Of a DNA stretch of 64,000 bases, positions 41,287 through 51,112 are shown piece by piece; the stretch's first letter is position 1, and each line of letters opens with the position of its first letter. The position numbers were made by a program, and so were the translations under genes. A model generated the notes under the pieces. The model did not search any database. It saw only the letters and a list, made by a program, of their open reading frames with translations, and was not told where the DNA came from. The DNA is from Dehalococcoidia bacterium. GTDB taxonomy: Bacteria > Chloroflexota > Dehalococcoidia > Plut-88900. Location: NCBI GenBank assembly GCA_965249275.1, contig CBDFLQ010000005.1:672001-736000 (forward strand). The letters are read 5' to 3'.

Positions 41287-41325
41287 GTGGTGGGAAAGGG
41301 CTGCGCTCTTTCCCACCACCGTTTT
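41287..41325 (+). terminator. Intrinsic terminator after the SPFH gene
   Basis: GTGGTGGGAAAG...CTTTCCCACCAC followed by GTTTT. Confidence 0.6.
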
Positions 41326-41366
41326 GATGGGTGGGTGATATACTCGCCTCCCTGCTTCAAGCGCAT

Positions 41367-42530
41367 ATGGCTAAGTCCAACGACAACTCAACATCCGTCC
41401 GCGGGCGTAATGTCTCAGTCGCATACCGTCGGATAGTGGTGAAATTGGGCAGCAACCTGCTTGCGGGGCCCGACCGAGGCCTCGACCTGGGGTGTATGGC
41501 CTCGCTAGTTGGGCAGATAGCGACTATCAGGCGGGAAGGGATGGAGGTGGTGCTGGTGACGTCGGGGGCGATGGCGTCCGGGAGGGAGATTCTGGGCCGG
41601 GTGCCGGAGCACAGGGGTGTGCCGCTGAAGCAGGTGCTGGCGTCGGTGGGGCAGGGAAGGTTGATGCAGGCGTACGACAGGCTGTTCGGGGAGCACGGGA
41701 TAACCGTTGCGCAGGCCCTGGTGTCGAGGGGGGACCTGTCGGATAGGCTCGGGTACCTGAATGTGCGGAACACTCTCAACACTTTGCTGGAGCTCGGGGT
41801 GCAGCCAATCGTTAACGAGAACGATGTTGTTGCCGTCGAGGAGATCAAGGGGACGCGGTTCGGGGACAACGATAATCTATCGGCGATGGTGGCGAACCTT
41901 GTGGACGCGGACCTCCTGATGATCCTTTCGGACGTGGCGGGGTTGTACACATCGGACCCGAGCCTCGACCCGGAAGCGAAGCTCATCCCCAGGGTGGAGG
42001 CGATCGATGAATCGATTACGTCTCTGGCCCAAGGTACGAAGAGCGCGGAGGCAGTCGGTGGGATGGTAACGAAGCTGCAGGCGGCGAGCCTGGCTACGAC
42101 ATCAGGGGTGGACGTGGTGATTGCCAAGGGTCGGATGGAGGACGTGATACCCCGCCTGGCCCGTGGAGAGGGATTGGGCACTTTCTTCCCCAGCCAGACG
42201 ACGAAGATGGAGAGCCGGAAGCGGTGGATGCTGAGCGGGCTGAACTCCCGGGGCTCGGTGCGGGTGGATGGGGGTGCGGTGTCGGCGCTAAAGAGGGGAG
42301 GGAAGAGCCTGCTGCCCGCGGGTGTGGTGGAGGTGTCGGGGAGCTTTGAGCGGGGAGACGTGCTGATCATTCTCGACGGGGACAGCAACCGGATCGCATG
42401 TGGGCTGGCCAACTATGGGGCGGGGGATGCGAAGGCGATAGCGGGACGGCAGTCGGGGGAGATCTTAGAAGTTCTCGGGTACGAGTACGGGGCGGAGCTG
42501 GTGCATAGGGATAACTTGGTGTTGCTGTAG
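41367..42530 (+). CDS. proB: Glutamate 5-kinase
   Basis: VVKLGS, VTSGA, NENDVV, FGDNDNLSA, GGMVTK, PUA domain; start uncertain. Confidence 0.95.
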   Translation: MAKSNDNSTSVRGRNVSVAYRRIVVKLGSNLLAGPDRGLDLGCMASLVGQIATIRREGMEVVLVTSGAMASGREILGRVPEHRGVPLKQVLASVGQGRLMQAYDRLFGEHGITVAQALVSRGDLSDRLGYLNVRNTLNTLLELGVQPIVNENDVVAVEEIKGTRFGDNDNLSAMVANLVDADLLMILSDVAGLYTSDPSLDPEAKLIPRVEAIDESITSLAQGTKSAEAVGGMVTKLQAASLATTSGVDVVIAKGRMEDVIPRLARGEGLGTFFPSQTTKMESRKRWMLSGLNSRGSVRVDGGAVSALKRGGKSLLPAGVVEVSGSFERGDVLIILDGDSNRIACGLANYGAGDAKAIAGRQSGEILEVLGYEYGAELVHRDNLVLL

Positions 42531-42629
42531 GGGAGGGGGGGTTTGTACTGGATCTGGCTCTAGGTTGATTTTGAAACAGCGATATTTACAACTTCCGTCG
42601 CATATTTGTCTTAATGCGTATACCAGCTA

Positions 42630-43484
42630 ATGACTAAGAAGCGTTTGTCTACCAAAATCAGACAAATGGCCGAACTACAATACGCCGAGATTGTCGGACG
42701 CCTTTATGCCAGTGAACATCTGGAGTCGGAAATAGAGAACGTTTCCGACCCTCGCGTATTGTATGGATGGAATCTGTTGACTCAAGAAGTACTGATCCGG
42801 CTTGCGGAGGCGTCCCTAAAGTTGCTCTACATGGTTTACTTCGACCACGAACCGCCGCGTGGTCGCGATGGTCACGATCTTGCGGTCCTTTGGGGAAAAT
42901 TCCCTAAAGAAGTACAGGACGAAGTAGAAGCCAAGCGTCAGAATTATTCCGGCGGCGATCGGCGAATCAGTTTCCCTGACTATAATTTTGATGACTTCCA
43001 GGACGTCAGGTATTTGTACGAGCGCCTATTGGGAGGTCAGGCCAAGTCGTTTGAGACGCGACGATTGTATCTAGATTCGTTCGCCGCTAGAGACGTGGCG
43101 GAAGACTGGTTAGGCAACATAACGACCTGGCCTTGGGCGGGATTGGTAGACCTTGCCTTAGCTGGCTACGAGATCATTCCAACTGCGGAGGATAAGTTAG
43201 ATGTTTGGGTCAAGAATCCGATTAAGCCTATGGATTGGGCAGGCGCGATTATAGAACTCAAAGATGGCCGATATATCTGGACGCTTTTCTGCGGCTTCAC
43301 TAAAGGCAACGGTGAGAGAAAATCTTACAAAATTAAAAGCCCGTGCTACTCATGGCCGCTCGAAGATCTATTGGCCAATACTGTCGAGGAGTGCGCGGAG
43401 AAGATTCACCGGGCCTATCAGGAACCCTGTCCTGCATTGCTCAAGGCCATAGAGGAAGCGACTGAAATGAAGAGTATCAACTAA
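42630..43484 (+). CDS. Hypothetical protein, lower GC, possible HEPN-like N-terminus
   Basis: 284 aa ORF; EASLKLLY...GHDLAVLW..FP...DVRY pattern. Confidence 0.6.
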   Translation: MTKKRLSTKIRQMAELQYAEIVGRLYASEHLESEIENVSDPRVLYGWNLLTQEVLIRLAEASLKLLYMVYFDHEPPRGRDGHDLAVLWGKFPKEVQDEVEAKRQNYSGGDRRISFPDYNFDDFQDVRYLYERLLGGQAKSFETRRLYLDSFAARDVAEDWLGNITTWPWAGLVDLALAGYEIIPTAEDKLDVWVKNPIKPMDWAGAIIELKDGRYIWTLFCGFTKGNGERKSYKIKSPCYSWPLEDLLANTVEECAEKIHRAYQEPCPALLKAIEEATEMKSIN

Positions 43485-43635
43485 AGCGCGAGTGCACGGC
43501 ATAAGAGTTGCGTAGTCAATTGCACACAATTATTAGGTAAATAGTGGTAGGCAAAGGCTACCCGGACGGGCTCGTGGTATATTATTCAGGCTAAGATGCA
43601 CCTACCTCAAGTGTGCTGAAATTGAAGCAGAAAAA

Positions 43636-43698
43636 ATGACTACCAGCGTTAAACAGGACCTTAGGGCGCAGGCTTTGGCGGCTCGGGGGTCGGGGCGG
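43636..43698 (+). pseudogene. Duplicated 5' fragment of proA (21 codons)
   Basis: 59/63 nt identical to 44613-44675. Confidence 0.85.
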
Positions 43699-43845
43699 AG
43701 GTGGGTTGGGAGGGTGCGAAGAGGTGGTTTGAAGTGGAGTTGCTTAGGTCTGGCTAGTCGTCAGCTATTCCCACCCGGCATAGGAGACGCCTTCGGAGAG
43801 AGATTTACGTTGGGTCGGGCCGTTTGATCCCGTTCACATAGAGGG

Positions 43846-43889
43846 GTGACATCACCCCCTTGACATTATAAGTACTTATGTTCTATATT
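43846..43889 (+). promoter_or_regulatory. sigma70 promoter with LexA-like box (TTGACA-N18-TATATT; GTACttatGTTC)
   Basis: Near-consensus -35/-10; operator lies in the spacer. Confidence 0.75.
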
Positions 43890-44535
43890 CTAACCAGGTC
43901 TAGACCACCTAACCCAACTACCTTAAGGAGGTACACAACACCCAGGGAAGCCCACCCGACCCACCAGAGGACTCAACGTCCAAGCCCATCCCAACGGCCC
44001 TCGCGCAGGCCTGCGGCACAAGCAAACGCCGCCATCTCCTCATCCCCACGGGTCCCGTGCCCCCTTCCCTGACCCCCAGGCGATGGAAAGACGCCCTGGC
44101 CTTCACGCTCCCACCCTGCTCCCTGTACGGGAGATTGCATCAAGGGTGACCCGAGCATACACTCCGCGGACCGCCTAACCCCCATGGAGAACCGTCTCGA
44201 ACGTCGGGCCGCATTGCTGGAGATTGGCGCTACGGCGCGGGGGTGCCCGGAGGATATTCGCTCCTGTCCTTTTCCGGCGAACTTGGACACTATTAGTTAG
44301 GCTGTGGGGCCTCGCACAGCTGGATCCCTGGCCCCGACGTGCCCCCACGGGCATACAGCCCCCATAAGGAGCCTCTGCCGGACGTCTGGCCCGAGAATTG
44401 TCCGTGTATACCATCTAGCATCAGGGCATACTGGCTGCAAGTCCACGTACAAGCAGCTCTGCCAAATGGGCGTCTTCCATCGCCAACCTCCTCCCAACAG
44501 ACAGAACGGAAACCAAAACCCCACAACTGAATAAA
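43890..44535 (+). ncRNA. Putative structured ncRNA, copy B
   Basis: IR arms 44079-44096 and 44468-44484; many hairpins, including gcgc-TACG-gcgc. Confidence 0.55.
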
Positions 44536-44612
44536 ACCCGGTGTGTCACTAATCTACCGAACGAGTACACGTTCTTGCCCCTCGGCGGTCAAGTCCTGAT
44601 AATAGGAGAGCA

Positions 44613-45890
44613 ATGACTACGAGTGTTAAACAAGACCTTAGGGCGCAGGCTTTGGCGGCTCGGGGGGCGGGGCGGGAGCTGGGTCGGGCGAACAGTGCAA
44701 TTAAGGACCGGGCCCTGAGGAACATAGCGCGAGCCCTTCTCGAAAAGCAGGAGGATATTGTCGCGGCCAACCGTCGGGACTGCGAGACGGGTGTTGCAAC
44801 GGGGTTGTCGGACGCTCTGTTGGACCGGCTCCTGCTTACGCCCGAGCGGATTCAAGCTCTCGCTGCGGATGTTGAGGGCATTGCCGTGCTGCCCGACCCT
44901 GTAGGCGAGACGTTCGATATGCGGACGCTTCCGAATGGGCTGCAGGTCGGGAAGAGGCGTGTGCCATTGGGCCTGATCGGGGCCATATATGAAAGCCGCC
45001 CGAATGTGACCATAGACATATCTTGCCTATGTCTCAAGTCGGGCAACGCGGTGCTGCTGAGGGGCGGCAAGGAGGCCATCAGGTCGAACCTTATCCTCTC
45101 CTCAATTGTAAGGGAGAGCCTGGTCGAGGCTGGGGGGCCGGGCGAGGCTGTTCAGTTCGTCGAGTCGACGGACCGGTCCCTGGTCGGTGAGATGCTCGGC
45201 ATGAAGGGGTTGATCGACCTGTTAGTGCCCCGGGGCAGTGAGCAGTTCATACGCTACGTAGGAGAGAACGCTTCGATGCCGGTGGTAGAGGGTGGGGTGG
45301 GGGTGTGCCACACGTATGTGGACAAGTCGGCCAATCTGGACAGTGCGGTAGCCATAGCCTACAATGCCAAGGTACAACGCCCCTCCACCTGCAACGCCCT
45401 GGACACCCTCATCGTGCACTCCGCCGTCGCCCACGAATACTTACCTCGAATCGCCCGCGCCTGGAGTGAGAAGGGCGTAGAGATACGGTGCGACGAAAGG
45501 GCCCTCGACCTGCTACAGAGCGTGCCCGAGGCCCGGTCAGTCCCCGCAACCGAGTCCGACTGGGGTACGGAGTTTCTTGCCCTGGTCGCCTCGGTCAAAG
45601 TTGTAGACGGGCTGGACGAGGCCCTGAACCACGTAGAGACCTATGGGTCGGGGCATTCAGAGGCGATAATTACCGAGGACTACTCGGCGGCGCAGAGGTT
45701 CCTGGATGAGGTGGACGCGGCGGCCGTATTTGTAAATGCCAGCACCCGCTTCACTGACGGCGGCCAGTTTGGCCTCGGGGCAGAGGTGGGGATCAGCACG
45801 CAGAAGCTGCACGCTCGGGGCCCGATGGGGCTCCGGGAGATGACTTCCTACAAGTGGATAATTCTGGGCCGCGGTCACGTCCGGCCCTAG
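44613..45890 (+). CDS. proA: Gamma-glutamyl phosphate reductase
   Basis: IYESRPNVT, LKSGNA, RGGKEA, CNALDT, NASTRFTDGG, STQKLHARGPMGL. Confidence 0.96.
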   Translation: MTTSVKQDLRAQALAARGAGRELGRANSAIKDRALRNIARALLEKQEDIVAANRRDCETGVATGLSDALLDRLLLTPERIQALAADVEGIAVLPDPVGETFDMRTLPNGLQVGKRRVPLGLIGAIYESRPNVTIDISCLCLKSGNAVLLRGGKEAIRSNLILSSIVRESLVEAGGPGEAVQFVESTDRSLVGEMLGMKGLIDLLVPRGSEQFIRYVGENASMPVVEGGVGVCHTYVDKSANLDSAVAIAYNAKVQRPSTCNALDTLIVHSAVAHEYLPRIARAWSEKGVEIRCDERALDLLQSVPEARSVPATESDWGTEFLALVASVKVVDGLDEALNHVETYGSGHSEAIITEDYSAAQRFLDEVDAAAVFVNASTRFTDGGQFGLGAEVGISTQKLHARGPMGLREMTSYKWIILGRGHVRP

Positions 45891-45911
45891 ACCAGAGAGG
45901 AAACACCGCAC

Positions 45912-46226
45912 ATGGCCCCCTACCGCTTCGAAAGAGAATGCCGCACCCCGCACTCAGAGACCTACACGATCATCGATGATGAGAGCTCGGCGGGACGGGT
46001 CGATCTGCACTTTGGCGCCAGCGTGGTACACGCTACGCTCTGCGTACTTGAGAACATAACCCAGGAGGGCGTCCAGGAGCTCATCGATACAATCGACGAG
46101 GAACTAGTTATGACGGCGGACGCGTCTCGGGGCGACTTCATAGTCGCGGTGTACCAGGGCCGGGAGATCGGTGTGTTCAGCGACGAGGACTTCGACGAGG
46201 AAGAGGGCGGCGGCAGCGCTCAATAG
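45912..46226 (+). CDS. Hypothetical acidic protein
   Basis: Compact ORF with RBS directly after proA; FERECRTPHSE..GRVDLHF. Confidence 0.7.
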   Translation: MAPYRFERECRTPHSETYTIIDDESSAGRVDLHFGASVVHATLCVLENITQEGVQELIDTIDEELVMTADASRGDFIVAVYQGREIGVFSDEDFDEEEGGGSAQ

Positions 46227-47353
46227 CTCTGGAACAGCTTGCCCCAGCCTGTCTTCATTGCCTCCCTGATGCGACGTTTACCGATTAGGTTCATCCAGAA
46301 GACGTTGTGATACAGGTTCGAGGCCAGGTAGGCCCAGGGCACCAGGGGCGAGCGCAGCAACAGCTTCTCCAAGGGCTTGAGAGGGCCCCAGTAAATCAGC
46401 TTCTGGCCCCTGCTGGCAAAGGTGTTCTCCGATCCGCTGAACCCCCAGTTCACACCCGACAGGTCTTCCCCCGCGATCTCTATCTCCCTCGGGTCTCCGC
46501 ACCCTAAGCCCGCGTCGTGGGCGAGGCGTATGAACTTGATGGACATGGGGTCGAAGCCCATGAGCTTGGCGGCCACGGCGTCTATCGCCACCTGATCGGC
46601 ACTGGCCAATAGCAGGTTCTTGACGTGCCACCTCATGGCTCGGGGGCCGGGGCCGTCTCCGGCGAAGGAGCCGTCCATCATTGCGAAGATACCGGGATGT
46701 ATCTCTTTCTGGATTGCCAGGAGGTCGACTAGGGTCTCGTGGATGACGGAGTGGGTGTAGTGGCGTTTCCTATTAAGCAACCCACCGAAGGCGTTTTTCA
46801 TGGCCCCGGTCATCCTGGTGAAGACGTGGGTCTTCATGGTGGGCAGCTGGACTACGTTCTTGCCGATGAAGGGCTCGGGGATTTGAATGCCGTCAGGGAA
46901 GATGTCGTCGAGGGCGAGCATCTTGGCCTTGGGCCGGTACTCGATCCAGCGGACGGGATCTTCCTCAAGGTGCATGTTGGGGAGGTTGTACTTGTCGGTG
47001 ACGACCTTTTGCTTGTTACGAACCTCGCCTTCCCGGGCGTCGACGACCACGGTGCCGTTGTGCGCGGCGATGAGGTCGGTGTAGCCGTTTGACTGAAGAG
47101 CCTTGACGGCGCCCTCTATCTGCCAGGGTGGGGTGGAGCAGGCGGGGTAGTAGTATTGCCAGGAGATGTTGATCTTCAGAAGGGTGGGGAGGTCCCTGGG
47201 GAGGTGGTCTTCCATGCCCGCCAGCTCGGCGAGGCGGACGTAGTCGTCTAGAACGGTCTCGGGGGTAGTGAATACGGCTGCGACTGTGGACTTTCGGGTT
47301 GCCGAGGTTGCGGCCGGCACTGTCTTTTGAGCGGGCGAGGTTTGGATTGTCAT
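46220..47353 (-). CDS. DUF362 domain protein
   Basis: LLKIN, LPTMKTH..TGAMKNAFG, DG..GDGPGP, DQVAIDAV. Confidence 0.85.
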   Translation of the reverse strand: MTIQTSPAQKTVPAATSATRKSTVAAVFTTPETVLDDYVRLAELAGMEDHLPRDLPTLLKINISWQYYYPACSTPPWQIEGAVKALQSNGYTDLIAAHNGTVVVDAREGEVRNKQKVVTDKYNLPNMHLEEDPVRWIEYRPKAKMLALDDIFPDGIQIPEPFIGKNVVQLPTMKTHVFTRMTGAMKNAFGGLLNRKRHYTHSVIHETLVDLLAIQKEIHPGIFAMMDGSFAGDGPGPRAMRWHVKNLLLASADQVAIDAVAAKLMGFDPMSIKFIRLAHDAGLGCGDPREIEIAGEDLSGVNWGFSGSENTFASRGQKLIYWGPLKPLEKLLLRSPLVPWAYLASNLYHNVFWMNLIGKRRIREAMKTGWGKLFQSY

Positions 47354-47588
47354 TAGGAAATTATAGCGTCGCGGGGAGGGGGGGTACAATTCGAGGGAAA
47401 GGGATGGGTGCTACGGCCACTCTACGCTAATATTTCGATCCTCTAAAGGCGGACTTTCAGCAGCACGGGCGGCCCCTCCCCAGATTCCGAGGCTCCGCGA
47501 GGAATGACAGTTGTACAAAGGGCTCAGCAAGGGAGAGGGGATGTAGGAATCGACAGGGGGGAGAGGGGAGATTAAGATTGACGGCGAT

Positions 47589-49658
47589 ATGGTGAAGGTG
47601 TACGACGTAATTGTGATAGGCGCGGGCCACGCGGGGTGCGAGGCGGCATTGACCGCGGCTCGGATGGGCTGCGACACGCTGGTCCTGACGATGAAGCTGG
47701 ACCATATTGCTCTCATGCCGTGCAATCCGTCCATCGGGGGGCCGGCGAAGGGACACCTGGCTCGGGAGGTCGATGCGCTGGGCGGCGAGATGGGGCGGAA
47801 CACAGACAAGACCTTCATACAGATCCGGATGCTGAACACGGGCAAGGGGCCCGCGGTGCAGGCCCTCCGGGCGCAGTCGGACAAGGGCCTTTATGCGAGT
47901 GAGATGCGGAGGACGTTGGAGCGGCAGGAAGAGCTGACGATTCGGGAGGCGTTGGTTACGGGGATAAGGCCGGGGGGAGGGGATAGATCCTGGGTCGGGG
48001 GTGGGGATGACAGAGAGGGGTTGGGGAGGGGAGGTGTTGGGGTAGGTCCTAGATTCCTCCCGCCTCGGCAGGCTTTCAGCGCGGGGCCTCGGAATGACAT
48101 GAGTGATGGGAGGGGTGGGGTGATACGGCTGGAGACGAAGTCGGGGGAGGACTATTTGGGGAAGACCGTGATTCTGACGACGGGGACGTCTCTGGCGGGG
48201 AAGATCATCATGGGGGAAAGAGCGTACACGGGGGGTCGGGCGGGGGAGCCGGCGGCTACGGAGATATCGAGGTCGCTTAGAAATCTAGGTTTTGAGCTGG
48301 GGAGGCACAAGACGGGCACGCCGCCGAGGCTCGATGCCCGGAGCATCAACTTCGAAAAGGCGCGGATTCAACCGGGTAGCCCGACTCCACTTCACTTCAG
48401 CTTCTGGGGATTTGACGATGAGAGCCTGAACTTTCCAACTCCCAACCCGGTCTACCCTCGGGGGCCGGAGTCGGAGTGGCGGCGACAGATGGCGTGCTAC
48501 CTCGTGAGCACGAATCCGAAGACCCATGCGGTGATAACGGCGAACCTGGACAGGGCCCCGATGTTCAACGGGTTGATAGAGGGGGTCGGGCCACGATACT
48601 GCCCGTCCATCGAGGACAAGGTGGTTCGGTTTGCACACAAGGACTCCCACGGGTTGTTCCTGGAGCCTGAGGGCTGGGAGACGAATGAAGTCTACCTGCA
48701 GGGCGCCAATACCAGCCTGCCGGAGGATGTGCAGAAAGCATTCGTTAGGTCGATAGCGGGGCTGGAGCGGGCCGAGATACTGAAGCCCGGATACGCGATC
48801 GAATACGATTTTGTGCTGACGGACCAGATCAACGCTACGATGGAGTCGAAACCGGTGCCCAACCTGTTTTTGGCGGGACAGGTGTGCGGGACCTCGGGGT
48901 ACGAGGAGGCGGCGGGGCAAGGGATTGTGGCAGGGATAAACGCCGCGCTGAAGGTCAAGGGGCGGGCCCCACTGGTCCTACGTCGAGACCAGGCGTACCT
49001 GGGAGTGATGATCGACGACCTCGTGACCCGGGACCACTTTGAGCCCTACAGGATGCTCACGTCTCGGGCCGAACACCGGCTGCTATTAAGGCAGGACAAC
49101 GCCGACCAGAGGCTCGCTCCTATCGGGTATGAGGTTGGCCTTCTAAGCGCAGAACAATACGGCATTGTGGAAGAGAAGCGAGAGAGGGTTGCTCGGGAGT
49201 TGGGGAGGCTGGGAGGGACCTATTTGCCACAGGACGGGAGCATGGACACACACCTGGAGAGTCGGGGGTTGGCGCCCGTTCGGAAAGCGGTGACGACTCT
49301 GGAGTTTCTCCGGCGCCCGGAGGTCGATTACGACACGGCCCTGGCGCTGGGGCTCGGGGACCGGGAGTTGAATGAGGAGTGCAGAAGCCAGGTGGAGATA
49401 GAGGCCAAGTACCGGGACTACATAGCGAGACAGAGTCGGGAGGTGGAGCGGATCCAAAAACTGGAACAGCGCCCGATACCCAGTGGTGTTGACTACGGCG
49501 AGGTGCGTGGCCTGTCCAACGAGGCGCGGGATAACCTGAGCAAGTTTTTGCCGTTGACGGTGGGGCAGGCGTCTCGGGTGCCGGGGGTGGGGACTTCGGA
49601 CTTGAGCCTATTGCTGGTGTATTTGGAACGGAGAAGAGATAGGGCCAGAGCAATCTGA
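47589..49658 (+). CDS. mnmG: tRNA uridine-5-carboxymethylaminomethyl modification enzyme MnmG, with an in-frame repeat insertion
   Basis: GAGHAGCEAA, MPCNPSIGG, KGPAVQALRAQ, KTGTPPR, GPRYCPSIEDK, GTSGYEEAA. Confidence 0.96.
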   Translation: MVKVYDVIVIGAGHAGCEAALTAARMGCDTLVLTMKLDHIALMPCNPSIGGPAKGHLAREVDALGGEMGRNTDKTFIQIRMLNTGKGPAVQALRAQSDKGLYASEMRRTLERQEELTIREALVTGIRPGGGDRSWVGGGDDREGLGRGGVGVGPRFLPPRQAFSAGPRNDMSDGRGGVIRLETKSGEDYLGKTVILTTGTSLAGKIIMGERAYTGGRAGEPAATEISRSLRNLGFELGRHKTGTPPRLDARSINFEKARIQPGSPTPLHFSFWGFDDESLNFPTPNPVYPRGPESEWRRQMACYLVSTNPKTHAVITANLDRAPMFNGLIEGVGPRYCPSIEDKVVRFAHKDSHGLFLEPEGWETNEVYLQGANTSLPEDVQKAFVRSIAGLERAEILKPGYAIEYDFVLTDQINATMESKPVPNLFLAGQVCGTSGYEEAAGQGIVAGINAALKVKGRAPLVLRRDQAYLGVMIDDLVTRDHFEPYRMLTSRAEHRLLLRQDNADQRLAPIGYEVGLLSAEQYGIVEEKRERVARELGRLGGTYLPQDGSMDTHLESRGLAPVRKAVTTLEFLRRPEVDYDTALALGLGDRELNEECRSQVEIEAKYRDYIARQSREVERIQKLEQRPIPSGVDYGEVRGLSNEARDNLSKFLPLTVGQASRVPGVGTSDLSLLLVYLERRRDRARAI

Positions 49659-49680
49659 TCCCCGAGAAGGTGAAAAGCAA

Positions 49681-49713
49681 GGGGGCCGGTCGTGCGACCG
49701 GCCCCCTCTTTTT
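49681..49713. terminator. GC hairpin between the convergent mnmG and SBP genes; near-identical hairpins at 51251-51282 and 52802-52831
   Basis: GGGGGCCGGTCG...CGACCGGCCCCC with flanking A/T tracts. Confidence 0.7.
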
Positions 49714-49734
49714 GTCTAGCTTGCTTAGTACCCG

Positions 49735-51051
49735 CTAATTCTTGCCTTGAACTTCGAACCAGATCTCTGCTTGTGCTCCACCGATCATGCCGTCTGAGGC
49801 CTCATCCATGAGGATGGCGTAGGGGAGGTTGGCGTCGGCGGTGGGCAGGTAGGGCCGGTGAGTGTCGAATTCCGGCGCTGCGAGGAAGGGGCCCGACTTC
49901 AGGTTAGTGGGGCCATAGGGTTGATAGAGCGCCTGACTTGCGGCGATCTCAGGGTGCTGCGACCAAGCGAAGAAGAGGTTGATGAGCTCCCAGCGCTCGG
50001 GTTCCAGTTCAGCGAGGCCCTTGGGGGACCACCAGTTGTCTGTCAGCACATCGTGGCCGCACTCCCAACAGATGTGGGCGTTAAGGTCAGTGTTAACGAC
50101 GGAGTCGAAGGCGATTCCGTTGTCAGTCTCGCAGACGTCCAGCTCGCCGGACTGAATGAGGGCCGGGCAGTCGCTGGCACCGGCAAAGAAGACGTCGGTA
50201 TTGGGAATCATTCGCTCTTCGACGACTTGCCAAGCTCTTTCAAGCTCCTCGGGGCTCATGGCGGAGAGGCTAGCTCTGCCCTCTTCGGTGTCGAGGAGGG
50301 TAGGGTCATCGATGAGTAGTCCGAAGCGGACGCGGTGCTTCCAGGCCCAATCCTGGGAGAAGATGCCTCTGCGTCCGGGGAACTTCTCCTTGTCAAAAGC
50401 ATCGGCCATGGTCTTGGGACCGTCGTCACCGTAGGTGTCCTTGCTCCACATTACCATGTGGGAGAAGGCGGAACCTCCGCCGCCGATCCAGGGGGCGTCA
50501 CGGATGTGGGGGAATAGATCTGTCTTATCCACGATGGCCAAGTTGAGCTCTTCCAGGACTCCCTCCAGGCCCATTGTGATGGAAGCCTGACCGGAGCCGT
50601 CGATGATGTCCCAGGTGATGTTGCCGGTTCGGGCCATGGCCCTTACCTTGGCGTAGTCGGGAGGGCCGTCCTCAACGACTTCAACGCCGAATTCCTCGGC
50701 GAAGGGTACCAGGAAGGCCTGGCGTTGCATGGCCTGGTATGCCCCGCCCCAGGATGCAAAGGTGAAGGTACCGCCGCGGTGGGCCGCAAGAGCTGCCACT
50801 ACTTCCTCATGGGTGCCGGGATTGTCGGTGGTCCATTCGCTTATGGGGCGCAGGCCGGTGGATGGTTCATCCGGCTCTTCCATCATTGCTGTTGGCGTAG
50901 GCTCGGGCATTGCCTCATCCGCCTCAGGAGTGGCGGTGGCAGACTCGCCGCAGGCGGCAACGATCAACAAGGCTGCCAAGGCAAGGGACAAGAGCCCCAG
51001 AACCAGCCATTTCTTACTTCCATATATTGGGGTCAGATACTTCATAGTCAA
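49735..51051 (-). CDS. ABC extracellular solute-binding lipoprotein (PotD/PotF-like), copy 1
   Basis: Lipobox AAC, SWGGAYQ..QRQAF..PF, WDIID, FPGRRG, YGPTN. Confidence 0.88.
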   Translation of the reverse strand: MTMKYLTPIYGSKKWLVLGLLSLALAALLIVAACGESATATPEADEAMPEPTPTAMMEEPDEPSTGLRPISEWTTDNPGTHEEVVAALAAHRGGTFTFASWGGAYQAMQRQAFLVPFAEEFGVEVVEDGPPDYAKVRAMARTGNITWDIIDGSGQASITMGLEGVLEELNLAIVDKTDLFPHIRDAPWIGGGGSAFSHMVMWSKDTYGDDGPKTMADAFDKEKFPGRRGIFSQDWAWKHRVRFGLLIDDPTLLDTEEGRASLSAMSPEELERAWQVVEERMIPNTDVFFAGASDCPALIQSGELDVCETDNGIAFDSVVNTDLNAHICWECGHDVLTDNWWSPKGLAELEPERWELINLFFAWSQHPEIAASQALYQPYGPTNLKSGPFLAAPEFDTHRPYLPTADANLPYAILMDEASDGMIGGAQAEIWFEVQGKN

Positions 51052-51112
51052 ACCTCTCCTCCACTGCTAGTCAAAGCCCACGCTAATCAAATTCACAGGA
51101 AGCGATGCTGGT

